Assembly (NCBI RefSeq): GCF_021054785.1
Contig: NZ_CP088239.1
Coordinates: forward strand, 1,980,001 to 2,012,000
Length of the DNA: 32,000 bases
Reading direction: 5' to 3'
Source: Tannockella kyphosi
GTDB taxonomy: Bacteria; Bacillota_I; Bacilli_A; Erysipelotrichales; Coprobacillaceae
The notes under the pieces: generated by a model
Seen by the model: only the letters and a program-made list of their open reading frames with translations
Told to the model about the DNA's origin: nothing
Database searches by the model: none
Position numbers and translations under genes: made by a program
In this document: one piece after another, positions 16,872-25,169 of the stretch
How positions within the stretch are numbered: position 1 is the first letter of the stretch
Layout of the letters: the number at the start of each line of letters is the position of its first letter

Positions 16872-18752
16872 TTATTTTTCAATTTCCCATACAGCATTAA
16901 ATGTAGCTGTTTTATTTTTTGTTCTTAAAATAATCGCTGTTCTAAATCTAGATACTGGATTATCATAAGTTTGTGCCATAAATACATCTTTATCTTTTGT
17001 ATCAATGATAGAAGTTAATGTTACTTTTCCTAATTTCCATTGTAATCTTAATTCATCACTACTTACTACTTTACGGACATCTTTTAAATGTTCATATCCA
17101 AATGCATCATATTCAATCTTTGCAGGAGTAGATGCTACTTCTGTTAATAATGTTGCTTCACTATGGAAAATCCAATCTAATTGATGTTCTTCTTTTGATT
17201 CTACTCCAAAACTATCTGTAAATCCATGATCACTAATTTCTACACGTCTTTGATAATCAACACCTTCATAAACATCTTCTACTAAAGAATGACAGATTGT
17301 ATCATTAAATTCAACAATTTTTCCACCTTCTGTAGAAACATGATTTTTCCCATCTACTAATACCGTATTATGAGATAATGAATGTCTATGCCATTCATTA
17401 CAAAGCTTTGATCCATAACCTGTATTTGATAAATCTCTTGATAATGATAATCCTTCTACCATTACTTCAATATTCATTTTATCAGGATGAGCATGAGAAG
17501 GTCCTCTATGACCATATTTCATAAAGACATTTATATGATCATTTTTAAGCATTCCAAAATATGAATTTTCAAAACAAGTAGAAGTTCTTTTGATTTCACT
17601 ACGATTGTTTATATCTAAATCTGGTAAACAAGACATACGTTCAAAACTAATTTCATTGTTATAATAGAAAGGTTTTGATAATGGGAACTCGACTCTTTCA
17701 CTTGGATTTGCACAAATATTTTTATAAATATTTCCTACTTCACTATCTTCTCCAAATACTTTAGTAGCTAAACAGTAAATATATTCATATGATTTTAATG
17801 TTACATTTGGCCATCCATCATTTGGATTTGGTAAGATATCGTTATCAAATGCATAATGATAAGCACGGATTAACATTTCTTCTACTAATCCTTTTGATGC
17901 GAATTCTTGTCCATGTAACTGAGCAAATGCCATTAAGTCTACTACACCTTCTAATAAGAAGAAGTTATAATGAATTGATCCTTCATACCAGAATTTATCT
18001 CCTGTAACACCTTGTTTTAATTGTTCATTAATACCAAATTCACCTTTGAATACTAAATCAATAAATGATTGATTTTGTGTATATAAACCAATAACACCTA
18101 CTGCTGCATTTAACCAACAAGGGATGTTATGAATATGTGTGATTTGAGGAATTAAGATATCAGTAATCGGAATAAATAAGTTTTTATTTAAACCTTCTAA
18201 GAATTCTTCTTCTAATTCACCTTTTAATAATTCTAAAGAAATAATAATACGAATAGCAACAATTGCTTCATTTAATCCTTGAGGCATTAAACGAGCTGCT
18301 CCACCAACATCAACTGTTAAACCACTTTCATCTACAATTTTATCTTTGGCATGTAATGCGAATTCTACATAATGATCAGAATAGAAACCTAAGATTTTTT
18401 TATATTCTGTTAAATATTTAGAATCTTTTTCAACACGATATAATGTCGCTAATTTCATTAATGTTAAAATTGCTGTATTACGGTAAAAATATCTCCATAC
18501 ATTATCAAATGTTTTATTTTGATATACTGTATGACATAATTGACAAACATGTTCATGTGGTTTATCTAAATCAAAGATCAGTCTTTCTCCATCTTCAGGA
18601 CAGAAATAATTATGTCCCCATTCACTTAAATATTCAGGTGAATCATGAAATTCATTACAAAACTTTTCTGCTTCTTTTTTCATTGATTCTAACATTTCCA
18701 TATATTTAGGATTCGTTGTTAGAATTTGTTCATTTATATCAAATATTTTCAT
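16872..18752 (-). CDS. Heparinase II/III-fold polysaccharide/oligo-uronate lyase A, cytoplasmic (no signal peptide)
   Basis: 626 aa. The C-terminal Hepar_II_III signature is GHRGPSHAHPDKMNIEV...HNTVLVDGKNH. The N-terminal half reads as helical, with WYEGSIHYNFF. There is an unusual FCPEDG...HEHVCQLCH cluster. The N-terminus MKIFDINEQIL is not hydrophobic. Confidence 0.7.
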   Translation of the reverse strand: MKIFDINEQILTTNPKYMEMLESMKKEAEKFCNEFHDSPEYLSEWGHNYFCPEDGERLIFDLDKPHEHVCQLCHTVYQNKTFDNVWRYFYRNTAILTLMKLATLYRVEKDSKYLTEYKKILGFYSDHYVEFALHAKDKIVDESGLTVDVGGAARLMPQGLNEAIVAIRIIISLELLKGELEEEFLEGLNKNLFIPITDILIPQITHIHNIPCWLNAAVGVIGLYTQNQSFIDLVFKGEFGINEQLKQGVTGDKFWYEGSIHYNFFLLEGVVDLMAFAQLHGQEFASKGLVEEMLIRAYHYAFDNDILPNPNDGWPNVTLKSYEYIYCLATKVFGEDSEVGNIYKNICANPSERVEFPLSKPFYYNNEISFERMSCLPDLDINNRSEIKRTSTCFENSYFGMLKNDHINVFMKYGHRGPSHAHPDKMNIEVMVEGLSLSRDLSNTGYGSKLCNEWHRHSLSHNTVLVDGKNHVSTEGGKIVEFNDTICHSLVEDVYEGVDYQRRVEISDHGFTDSFGVESKEEHQLDWIFHSEATLLTEVASTPAKIEYDAFGYEHLKDVRKVVSSDELRLQWKLGKVTLTSIIDTKDKDVFMAQTYDNPVSRFRTAIILRTKNKTATFNAVWEIEK

Positions 18753-18761
18753 TTATTGCTC

Positions 18762-20159
18762 CTATTCGAACACTACTTGTTCTTCTTTTATTTCTATACT
18801 TTTATTTTTCTCTATTCTACCATCAATGATTGTCTTTTTCATGAACAAATACAAACCAATTGAAAATAGTCCACTTAATATATTACTTACCAACATTGCA
18901 TACCAAATACCATATTCACCAATCCCCCAAATAGGTTGAGAGAAAATAATAACAACTGGTACTCTAAACACATAAATTCTCATTAAACTAACAAATAAAT
19001 TAAACTTTGTATCCCCTGTTCCTTGGAAAATACCCATTGCACATTCTGTCATTCCCCAGGGAATAATAGATGCACTATAGATACCCATTGCATTAATAAT
19101 ATGTTGATACGTTGGATCACTAGTATCCACAAATAATGCTGCAATCGATGATCTAAATGGCAGTAAGAATGCTATAAAAATAATAGCTAACGTTAATCCA
19201 AAACCTAAGGATTTCCATACTGCTTTTTTAACACGTTCTGGTTGGTTTGCACCCATGTTTTGAGCTACAATTACCGATAAACCTGTACCAAATGCGGTTA
19301 CAGCTTTAAAGAAAACAGAGTTTACTTTGTTTGTGATTCCATAAGCTGCTAAAACTGGTTCTCCAAAAGCAAGTACATACTTGTTAATAATTATAAAACC
19401 CATTGATATTAATGATTTTTCAAATATTAATGGTAATGCTGTTACTAATAATATTTTAGTTGAAATAGAGTTTATTTTGTATTCACTTATTTCTAATTTT
19501 CTTTCATTTTTCTTAGAGAAAAAACTAATTAAACAAGTAGTAGCACAAATTCCTTGTGCTAATATTGTTGCTAGTCCAATCCCTGTAATTTCCCAATTTA
19601 CTACAATCGTAAATAGGTAACAGAAAATGATTTTCATTATTAAAGAAAACATATTAATAGATATTGCTTTCTTTGTATTTCCTTGAGCTCTTTCAATTGC
19701 GAGATAAAGAACAGTAATAAAATTAAATACTACACCCCATGCTGTTAACATCAAATAACGACTTGAATCAGCTAATAAAGTATCTGTAATACCTGCTAAA
19801 AGTAATACTTCATTTGAAAAAACAAATGTTACGGCACTTATTATAAACCCAATCGTTACTCCAATGACAAATACATGGCCAATCATTCTACGTGCTTTTT
19901 GTTCATCATTAGCACCAATATAACGTGCTATTAAACTACACCCAGCTACCGATAGACCTGTTGCTACTGCATTTAATGTATCCTGAATAGGTCCTACAAA
20001 GGCAACACTTGCTACTGCTAAACTACCTACATTCGCAACAAAAAGACTATCTATAATACCATACATACCCTCTACCATATTGGTAATGATAATTGGTAAA
20101 GTTATCATCCAGATAACTGCGTCTAGTCTACCATTTAATATATTTACTTTCTCTTTCAA
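18762..20159 (-). CDS. MATE-family efflux transporter
   Basis: 465 aa with about 12 TM segments and a typical MATE N-terminus (ITLPIIITNMVEGMYGIIDSLFV). It starts at a TTG, preceded by AGGAGAGGGG. Confidence 0.85.
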   Translation of the reverse strand: MKEKVNILNGRLDAVIWMITLPIIITNMVEGMYGIIDSLFVANVGSLAVASVAFVGPIQDTLNAVATGLSVAGCSLIARYIGANDEQKARRMIGHVFVIGVTIGFIISAVTFVFSNEVLLLAGITDTLLADSSRYLMLTAWGVVFNFITVLYLAIERAQGNTKKAISINMFSLIMKIIFCYLFTIVVNWEITGIGLATILAQGICATTCLISFFSKKNERKLEISEYKINSISTKILLVTALPLIFEKSLISMGFIIINKYVLAFGEPVLAAYGITNKVNSVFFKAVTAFGTGLSVIVAQNMGANQPERVKKAVWKSLGFGLTLAIIFIAFLLPFRSSIAALFVDTSDPTYQHIINAMGIYSASIIPWGMTECAMGIFQGTGDTKFNLFVSLMRIYVFRVPVVIIFSQPIWGIGEYGIWYAMLVSNILSGLFSIGLYLFMKKTIIDGRIEKNKSIEIKEEQVVFE

Positions 20160-20209
20160 GATTTTCCCCTCTCCTAAACAATTTTTTATAAATCGCTCAC
20201 TTTAAATAG

Positions 20210-20246
20210 TATAGTAGGTAAGCGAGGAATTCATTTACCTACTATA
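20210..20246. promoter_or_regulatory. 12-bp perfect inverted repeat (tatagtaggtaa-N13-ttacctactata) in the SDR-MATE intergenic region
   Basis: Read directly from the sequence. It lies about 50 nt upstream of the MATE start and is not followed by a U-tract on either strand. Confidence 0.4.
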
Positions 20247-20272
20247 TGTGTAAAATTACTAATTCATTTATT

Positions 20273-20344
20273 AAAAAAACTGGAAATTTATTTTCTTTTC
20301 GTTTTCCTTGCGGAATTCACAAATGAAAACTTCCTTTCCAGTTT
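20273..20344 (-). terminator. Long irregular hairpin plus U7 downstream of the SDR gene (probable terminator or attenuator)
   Basis: On the minus strand, AAACTGGAAA...TTTCCAGTTT forms a 10-bp outer stem and GTTTTC/GAAAAC an inner stem, followed by TTTTTTT. Confidence 0.5.
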
Positions 20345-20356
20345 GTTTAAATCTTC

Positions 20357-21109
20357 TTATAAGAAGTCTTGTCCACCATTAACTTGGATAATTTCTCCTG
20401 TTAAGAAAGAAGCTTTTTCACTACATAAGAATGAAATTACTGATGCTACTTCTTCAGGTTGACCAAAACGTTTCATTAAGATATTGTTTTTCCAAGATTC
20501 AAATACTTGAGGATTTGTTTTCTTAATGTTGTCATGGAATGGAGTATCGATAGTTCCTGGGCTTACTGCGTTAGAACGGATACCGTATTCTGCTAAATCT
20601 TTTGCAAATGCTCTTGTTAAAGTAACGATTGCTGCTTTACTTACACCATAGATACCAGCTCCTGGACCACCTGCATTCCATGCAGCATTTGATGCAAAGT
20701 TAACGATTGAAGCATTTTCACTTTTCTTTAAGAAAGGAATTGCTGCTCTTGTTACGAAGAATGCGCTATCTACATTTAATGCCATTACATTACGGTAGAA
20801 ATCAGTAGTCATTTCTTCAAAACGAGAACGTCCTCCAAGTCCACCAGCGTTGTTTACAACAACGTCGATAACTCCGTATTTTTCACCAATTGCAGCTACA
20901 CTTGATGCTACTGCAGCTTCGTTTGTTACGTCAAAGTTAACGTACTCACATTCTGCTCCTACTTCTTTTAATGATGCAATTGCAGTTGCTGCTTGTGCGT
21001 CATCAATTCCGTTAATTACTACTGTATAACCATCTTTTGCTAATGCTGTTGCAGTTGCTAAACCAATACCACCTGTTGCTCCTGTAACTAATGCTACTTT
21101 TTTACTCAT
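20357..21109 (-). CDS. SDR-family oxidoreductase, DEH-reductase/KduD-like (4-deoxy-L-erythro-5-hexoseulose uronate to KDG)
   Basis: 250 aa with TGATGGIG, NNAGGLGGRSRFEEM, GGPGAGIYGVSKAA and SPGTIDTPFH. These motifs resemble what I recall of the Sphingomonas A1-R DEH reductase; I have not verified this. The gene is co-operonic with a lyase. Confidence 0.65.
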   Translation of the reverse strand: MSKKVALVTGATGGIGLATATALAKDGYTVVINGIDDAQAATAIASLKEVGAECEYVNFDVTNEAAVASSVAAIGEKYGVIDVVVNNAGGLGGRSRFEEMTTDFYRNVMALNVDSAFFVTRAAIPFLKKSENASIVNFASNAAWNAGGPGAGIYGVSKAAIVTLTRAFAKDLAEYGIRSNAVSPGTIDTPFHDNIKKTNPQVFESWKNNILMKRFGQPEEVASVISFLCSEKASFLTGEIIQVNGGQDFL

Positions 21110-21129
21110 TTTAATTTCTCCTTTTATTT

Positions 21130-23121
21130 TTAAATTTCAAATGTTGTTTCTGTTTGACCATCATGTATGATTACATACATACTGGCGTTACTTGTGATAC
21201 CATATTGTTCAAATCCTTCTCTAGCAATACATTCATATTGCTTTTTAGCATGGATTGTTACTTTATGGTGATCTTGTACTACTTTTATATTTGCAGGAAC
21301 AAAGCATTCAAACATAACTGCTTTTTTGCAGGCTTGCTTTGTTTCAAAATATAACGATTTAATTTCTACTCTACATACTTTGTCAGGCTCTTGTGTTGTC
21401 ATTACTCCGACAACATCTTGATCGTATTGTTTTTCTGTTATTTCTACATCACTATGGATAACATACCCTAATTGCTTATTGTTTAATGCATAAGTATAAG
21501 CATTTTCAAAGTTCTTTGTTGCATGATTGTTTGTATTTGAGATAACTGAGAACTTATGGTCCTCTTCACTTACAAAACGGTCTAAGAATACCATGAATTC
21601 TAAATCATCACTAAAGACTGTTCTACTAACTTCTGTCATTTTTGCAGCTTCTTTATAGATTTTAGTTGTATCTCCATAGTACCCAACCATATCATCTTGA
21701 TGAACATAATTCATTACATCACCACGATATTCATTAACAATATCAAAGTCAGGGTTTTGTGCTAATCTAGCTTTTGCTGAATCAACATAAACATCATTAC
21801 AATCAAATACATCTGTGTATTGACCATCTACTAATAACACATTGTGATTGTCAGGCATAATATTTCTATTATAACCATCTTCACATGTTAAGAATTCACT
21901 TCCTTCAACATAGATATAAGCTAAGTTATCAGGATGATGATGTGATAATGATAAACAATCAATATTTTCTTTATAATACAATTCCCAAGCTTTATCCCAT
22001 TGTTTTTTACCACCAGGAGCGCTACATTTAATTGTAAATACTTTTCCATCACGATCCCAAGTATTACGCATACTTAGTAATCCTAAATCTGGGAAATATT
22101 TTACTTTTGGTAACTCTGCTAAAGGTTTTGCTTCTACTTTTGGGCTAAACCATAAGAATTCAAATACTGCTTCTGGTAAAATACCAGGCTTCACTTTACT
22201 ATTATTTGCTTCTATTTCTAAGAATTCATCTAAAACAATATTCGCAAATGTTTGTGCATACCCGTTATTGTACTCTGCAGCCACTTTATAATAAACACAA
22301 GCTGTATGTCCACTATGGCGATCATGTGCATCTCCATAGTTTAATTGCTGTGCTAGATCTGGTGCTGATTGATATAAACGATAATCGAATGTATTTCTTA
22401 AATACTCACTTGTTTCGAAGTAATTAATACCTTCTTGTACATTTAATAAGTGAGCATATACAAATAACCACATTCCACCATAACGCCAATAAACAACACC
22501 TTCATAATTAGAACCATCTTCTGGCATATATTCATATACTCTTTTAAAGTTTTCTTTGGCACTATCAATATATACTTGTCCATTTAAGCCATCTGCTTGT
22601 AATACATAACCAGCAGTAGCTAATCCATTTAAGTTGATCCAGTTATGGTTTTGATAGTATTGTGTTGCCCATCCTTCACCAGCTGTTTCTTCTTTGTAGT
22701 CATACATGATTTTTGCATGATGTTCTATTTTATTTGTGATTGTTTCTCTTAGTTCTTGATCTAAGTCTGCTTTTAACCAATCATAACCAAGTGATAATCC
22801 AAATAAAATCCAAGAAGCACTTAAATCTACATTTACTAAATGAGCGAATCCCCATTTTTCATAATTCAATACAGTATTAATAAATCTTTTTGCTTCCTTT
22901 AAATATTTATCTTCTTTTGTTAAGTTATACGCTAATGCTAAGTTTACAATTGCAATCCCCATATAAGTAGTACTTCCATCTGGATGTACTTCTGGTAATT
23001 CAAAAGTCGCATAACGATTTGCTTCTTCTAGAAGACGATTTAATTGTTCTTTCCTTTCATTGTGGGCTTGAGCCTTAAATGGCTCTAAGTCCCCAATGAA
23101 CACATAATTTGTTTTTTGCAT
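21130..23121 (-). CDS. Heparinase II/III-fold polysaccharide/oligo-uronate lyase B, cytoplasmic (no signal peptide)
   Basis: 663 aa. The alpha/alpha-toroid-type N-terminal half carries YYQNHNW and YEGVVYWRYG. The C-terminal signature is SLSHHHPDNLAYIYVEG...NHNVLLVDGQ. The N-terminus MQKTNYVFIGD is not a leader peptide. Confidence 0.7.
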   Translation of the reverse strand: MQKTNYVFIGDLEPFKAQAHNERKEQLNRLLEEANRYATFELPEVHPDGSTTYMGIAIVNLALAYNLTKEDKYLKEAKRFINTVLNYEKWGFAHLVNVDLSASWILFGLSLGYDWLKADLDQELRETITNKIEHHAKIMYDYKEETAGEGWATQYYQNHNWINLNGLATAGYVLQADGLNGQVYIDSAKENFKRVYEYMPEDGSNYEGVVYWRYGGMWLFVYAHLLNVQEGINYFETSEYLRNTFDYRLYQSAPDLAQQLNYGDAHDRHSGHTACVYYKVAAEYNNGYAQTFANIVLDEFLEIEANNSKVKPGILPEAVFEFLWFSPKVEAKPLAELPKVKYFPDLGLLSMRNTWDRDGKVFTIKCSAPGGKKQWDKAWELYYKENIDCLSLSHHHPDNLAYIYVEGSEFLTCEDGYNRNIMPDNHNVLLVDGQYTDVFDCNDVYVDSAKARLAQNPDFDIVNEYRGDVMNYVHQDDMVGYYGDTTKIYKEAAKMTEVSRTVFSDDLEFMVFLDRFVSEEDHKFSVISNTNNHATKNFENAYTYALNNKQLGYVIHSDVEITEKQYDQDVVGVMTTQEPDKVCRVEIKSLYFETKQACKKAVMFECFVPANIKVVQDHHKVTIHAKKQYECIAREGFEQYGITSNASMYVIIHDGQTETTFEI

Positions 23122-23139
23122 TTATAATTCCTCGTTTTT

Positions 23140-24891
23140 TTACGCTATTTTTGTCTTTTTCGCTGTCCAATATAATCCGATACCTGCTAATAATACGACT
23201 GCTCCTACTGCTACAAATACAAATCTACTTGCAAATTCATTTGGTATAAATACCATGAATGATATTGCTAATCCTGCTGCTATTAATAATCCACCTAATG
23301 TTTTTCTTTGTCTACAATCAGATTCAACTACTTTAGGATCCTCTTCATTTACAATTACTGGTGTTGCAATATTTGTAAAGAATAAGTCAACTTCTTTTTG
23401 TCTTTCTGGAGTAAACCCTTTAAAGAATAACATCGTGATAAAGAAGAATGGTGTTGTAATACATCCATGTAATACAATAGGTATCGTAAGAGAAGCCATA
23501 TCACTATATTCTGCTGCTGTTAGTGAAATACCCATAAATGCACTTACCATATCAATATTACAAATAAATGCGATAAAGTATGATACTGCCATACCTACTA
23601 CTAATGTTGCCCATCCAGCCCAGTCTGGTGTTTTCTTAACAAAGAATCCTAATACTGTTGGAATCATCATTGGCATTGCCAATAAAGAACCAACCATTAC
23701 TGTTGCATTAAATAAGCTTGTATTTTCTAAACTATTAATAAATATTCCTACTGCAATAATGATTGCACCAAATAATAACGTCATTGCTTTTCCAAGTTTT
23801 AACATTGATTCATCAGATGCATCTTTATTAATAAATACTTTATAAACACTACGTACAAAGATAGCTGAATTTTTATTCAAAGCTGAATCCATTGATGACA
23901 TCGTTGCTGCAAACATAGCCGACATCATTAACCCAACCATTCCTACTGGCATAAAGTCACGAACAAATACATAATATGTTGCATCCGTAATACTACTTCC
24001 TAATGCATCTAATCCCCATGCTGCTGTATCAGGACTAAATGCTGCCATAAACCAAGAAGGAACAAACCATAACAATGGTCCTACTGTCATTAATGCACAA
24101 GCTAATAAAGCAGCCTTTCTAGCATTTTTAGTATCTTTAGCACAAATATAACGATAAGATCCAATCATGTTATTAGTAGAAATAAATTGTTTTACAAAAG
24201 AACATAAAACCCATGCCCAAAATAACCACATATAATTATAATCAGAACCTGTTACTATTTTTTCTGGTAATCCTTGTGCAAAAATAACACTAAGTCCACC
24301 AGCTTTTACTACTGCTACAACAGTTGCTACAACTGATACCGCCATAATGATAACCATTTGTAAGAAGTCAGAAGCTACTACAGCCCAAGCTCCTCCACTA
24401 ACAGACATTAAAACTACGATTAATCCTGTAATTACTATTGTTATATTCATTTCTACATTGAATACTGCTGCTGCAAATATCGCTAACCCATTTAACCAAA
24501 TACCTGCTTGAATGATATTAATAGGTAGTGAAGCTAACGTAAAAGCTTGCTCATTTACTTTACCAAATCTCATTCTAACTCCATCAATTGGAGTTGTTAC
24601 ACGCATCTGTCTTGATTTTGCTGCAAAGAATAAATAGTTTCCAAAATAACCAACTGCATTACCAAAGAAAATAGCTGTTACTGCAAAACCATCTGTAAAA
24701 CCTTTTCCGGCTGCACCTGTAAAAGTCCAAGCACTAAACTGAGTCATAAAGGCTGTGGCACCTACCATCCACCACAACATTTTTCCTCCACCTTTAAAAT
24801 AATCACTTGTTGAATTAGAGAAAGTTCTAAAAATCCAACCTATCGCCATTAAAAATACGAAATACACACATACAACTAGAATATCTATCAT
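23140..24891 (-). CDS. Sodium:solute symporter (SSS) family transporter, paralog B
   Basis: 583 aa with about 13-14 TM segments and an SSS-type N-terminus (SDYFKGGGKMLWWMVGATAFMTQFSAWTFTGAAGK). Confidence 0.8.
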   Translation of the reverse strand: MIDILVVCVYFVFLMAIGWIFRTFSNSTSDYFKGGGKMLWWMVGATAFMTQFSAWTFTGAAGKGFTDGFAVTAIFFGNAVGYFGNYLFFAAKSRQMRVTTPIDGVRMRFGKVNEQAFTLASLPINIIQAGIWLNGLAIFAAAVFNVEMNITIVITGLIVVLMSVSGGAWAVVASDFLQMVIIMAVSVVATVVAVVKAGGLSVIFAQGLPEKIVTGSDYNYMWLFWAWVLCSFVKQFISTNNMIGSYRYICAKDTKNARKAALLACALMTVGPLLWFVPSWFMAAFSPDTAAWGLDALGSSITDATYYVFVRDFMPVGMVGLMMSAMFAATMSSMDSALNKNSAIFVRSVYKVFINKDASDESMLKLGKAMTLLFGAIIIAVGIFINSLENTSLFNATVMVGSLLAMPMMIPTVLGFFVKKTPDWAGWATLVVGMAVSYFIAFICNIDMVSAFMGISLTAAEYSDMASLTIPIVLHGCITTPFFFITMLFFKGFTPERQKEVDLFFTNIATPVIVNEEDPKVVESDCRQRKTLGGLLIAAGLAISFMVFIPNEFASRFVFVAVGAVVLLAGIGLYWTAKKTKIA

Positions 24892-24918
24892 GATATTTCC
24901 TCCCTATATTTTCTTATT

Positions 24919-24941
24919 CGTTCACATATAAGAACTTGGTT
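24919..24941 (-). promoter_or_regulatory. Composite operator O2 of symporter B (GTTC-N8-GAAC-N4-GTTT)
   Basis: The plus strand reads gttcacatataagaacttggttt. It ends 27 nt upstream of the start codon. Confidence 0.55.
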
Positions 24942-24996
24942 TTGTTGTTGGTACAAAAAATAATTGCTGTTTGTCGTTGTATTGATAATACGCTAG

Positions 24997-25063
24997 GTTT
25001 ATATATATAAACTAAGTTTATTAATTACACATAGAGTATATTCAATCTTGTTTTGTTTGTCAA
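24997..25063 (-). promoter_or_regulatory. Symporter B promoter (TTGACA-17-TATACT, 25035-25063) plus operator O1 (24997-25019)
   Basis: The minus strand reads cTTGACAaacaaaacaagattgaaTATACTctatgtgtaattaatAAACTTAGTTTATATATATAAAC. Confidence 0.55.
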
Positions 25064-25129
25064 TGAGTTTCCAATTATTTCATGTACAATTCATTGATTT
25101 CATCGTGCTTTTTACTTCATTTTTATTTA

Positions 25130-25158
25130 ACATATTAGGAGCTATGCTCCCAATATGT
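25130..25158 (-). other. 13-bp stem hairpin just after the symporter A stop codon (weak terminator or mRNA-processing/stability element)
   Basis: The stem is acatattaggagc-tat-gctcccaatatgt. The single mismatch becomes a G-U pair only in the minus-strand RNA. On the minus strand the hairpin is followed by UUAAAUAAAAA rather than a U-run. Confidence 0.45.
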
Positions 25159-25169
25159 TTTTTTATTTT

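Noticed and set aside
20315-20337. A possible sixth IclR operator (attcacaaatgaaaacttccttt) in the SDR-MATE spacer.
   Set aside because: Only about 15 of 23 positions match, and the GTTC-N8-GAAC palindrome is broken. The segment is better explained as part of the terminator hairpin.
23255-23845. A 196-aa plus-strand ORF, the longest unexplained ORF in the track.
   Set aside because: It is entirely antisense to symporter B, whose paralog independently supports the minus-strand frame. The translation is N/I/T-rich with no recognisable domain.
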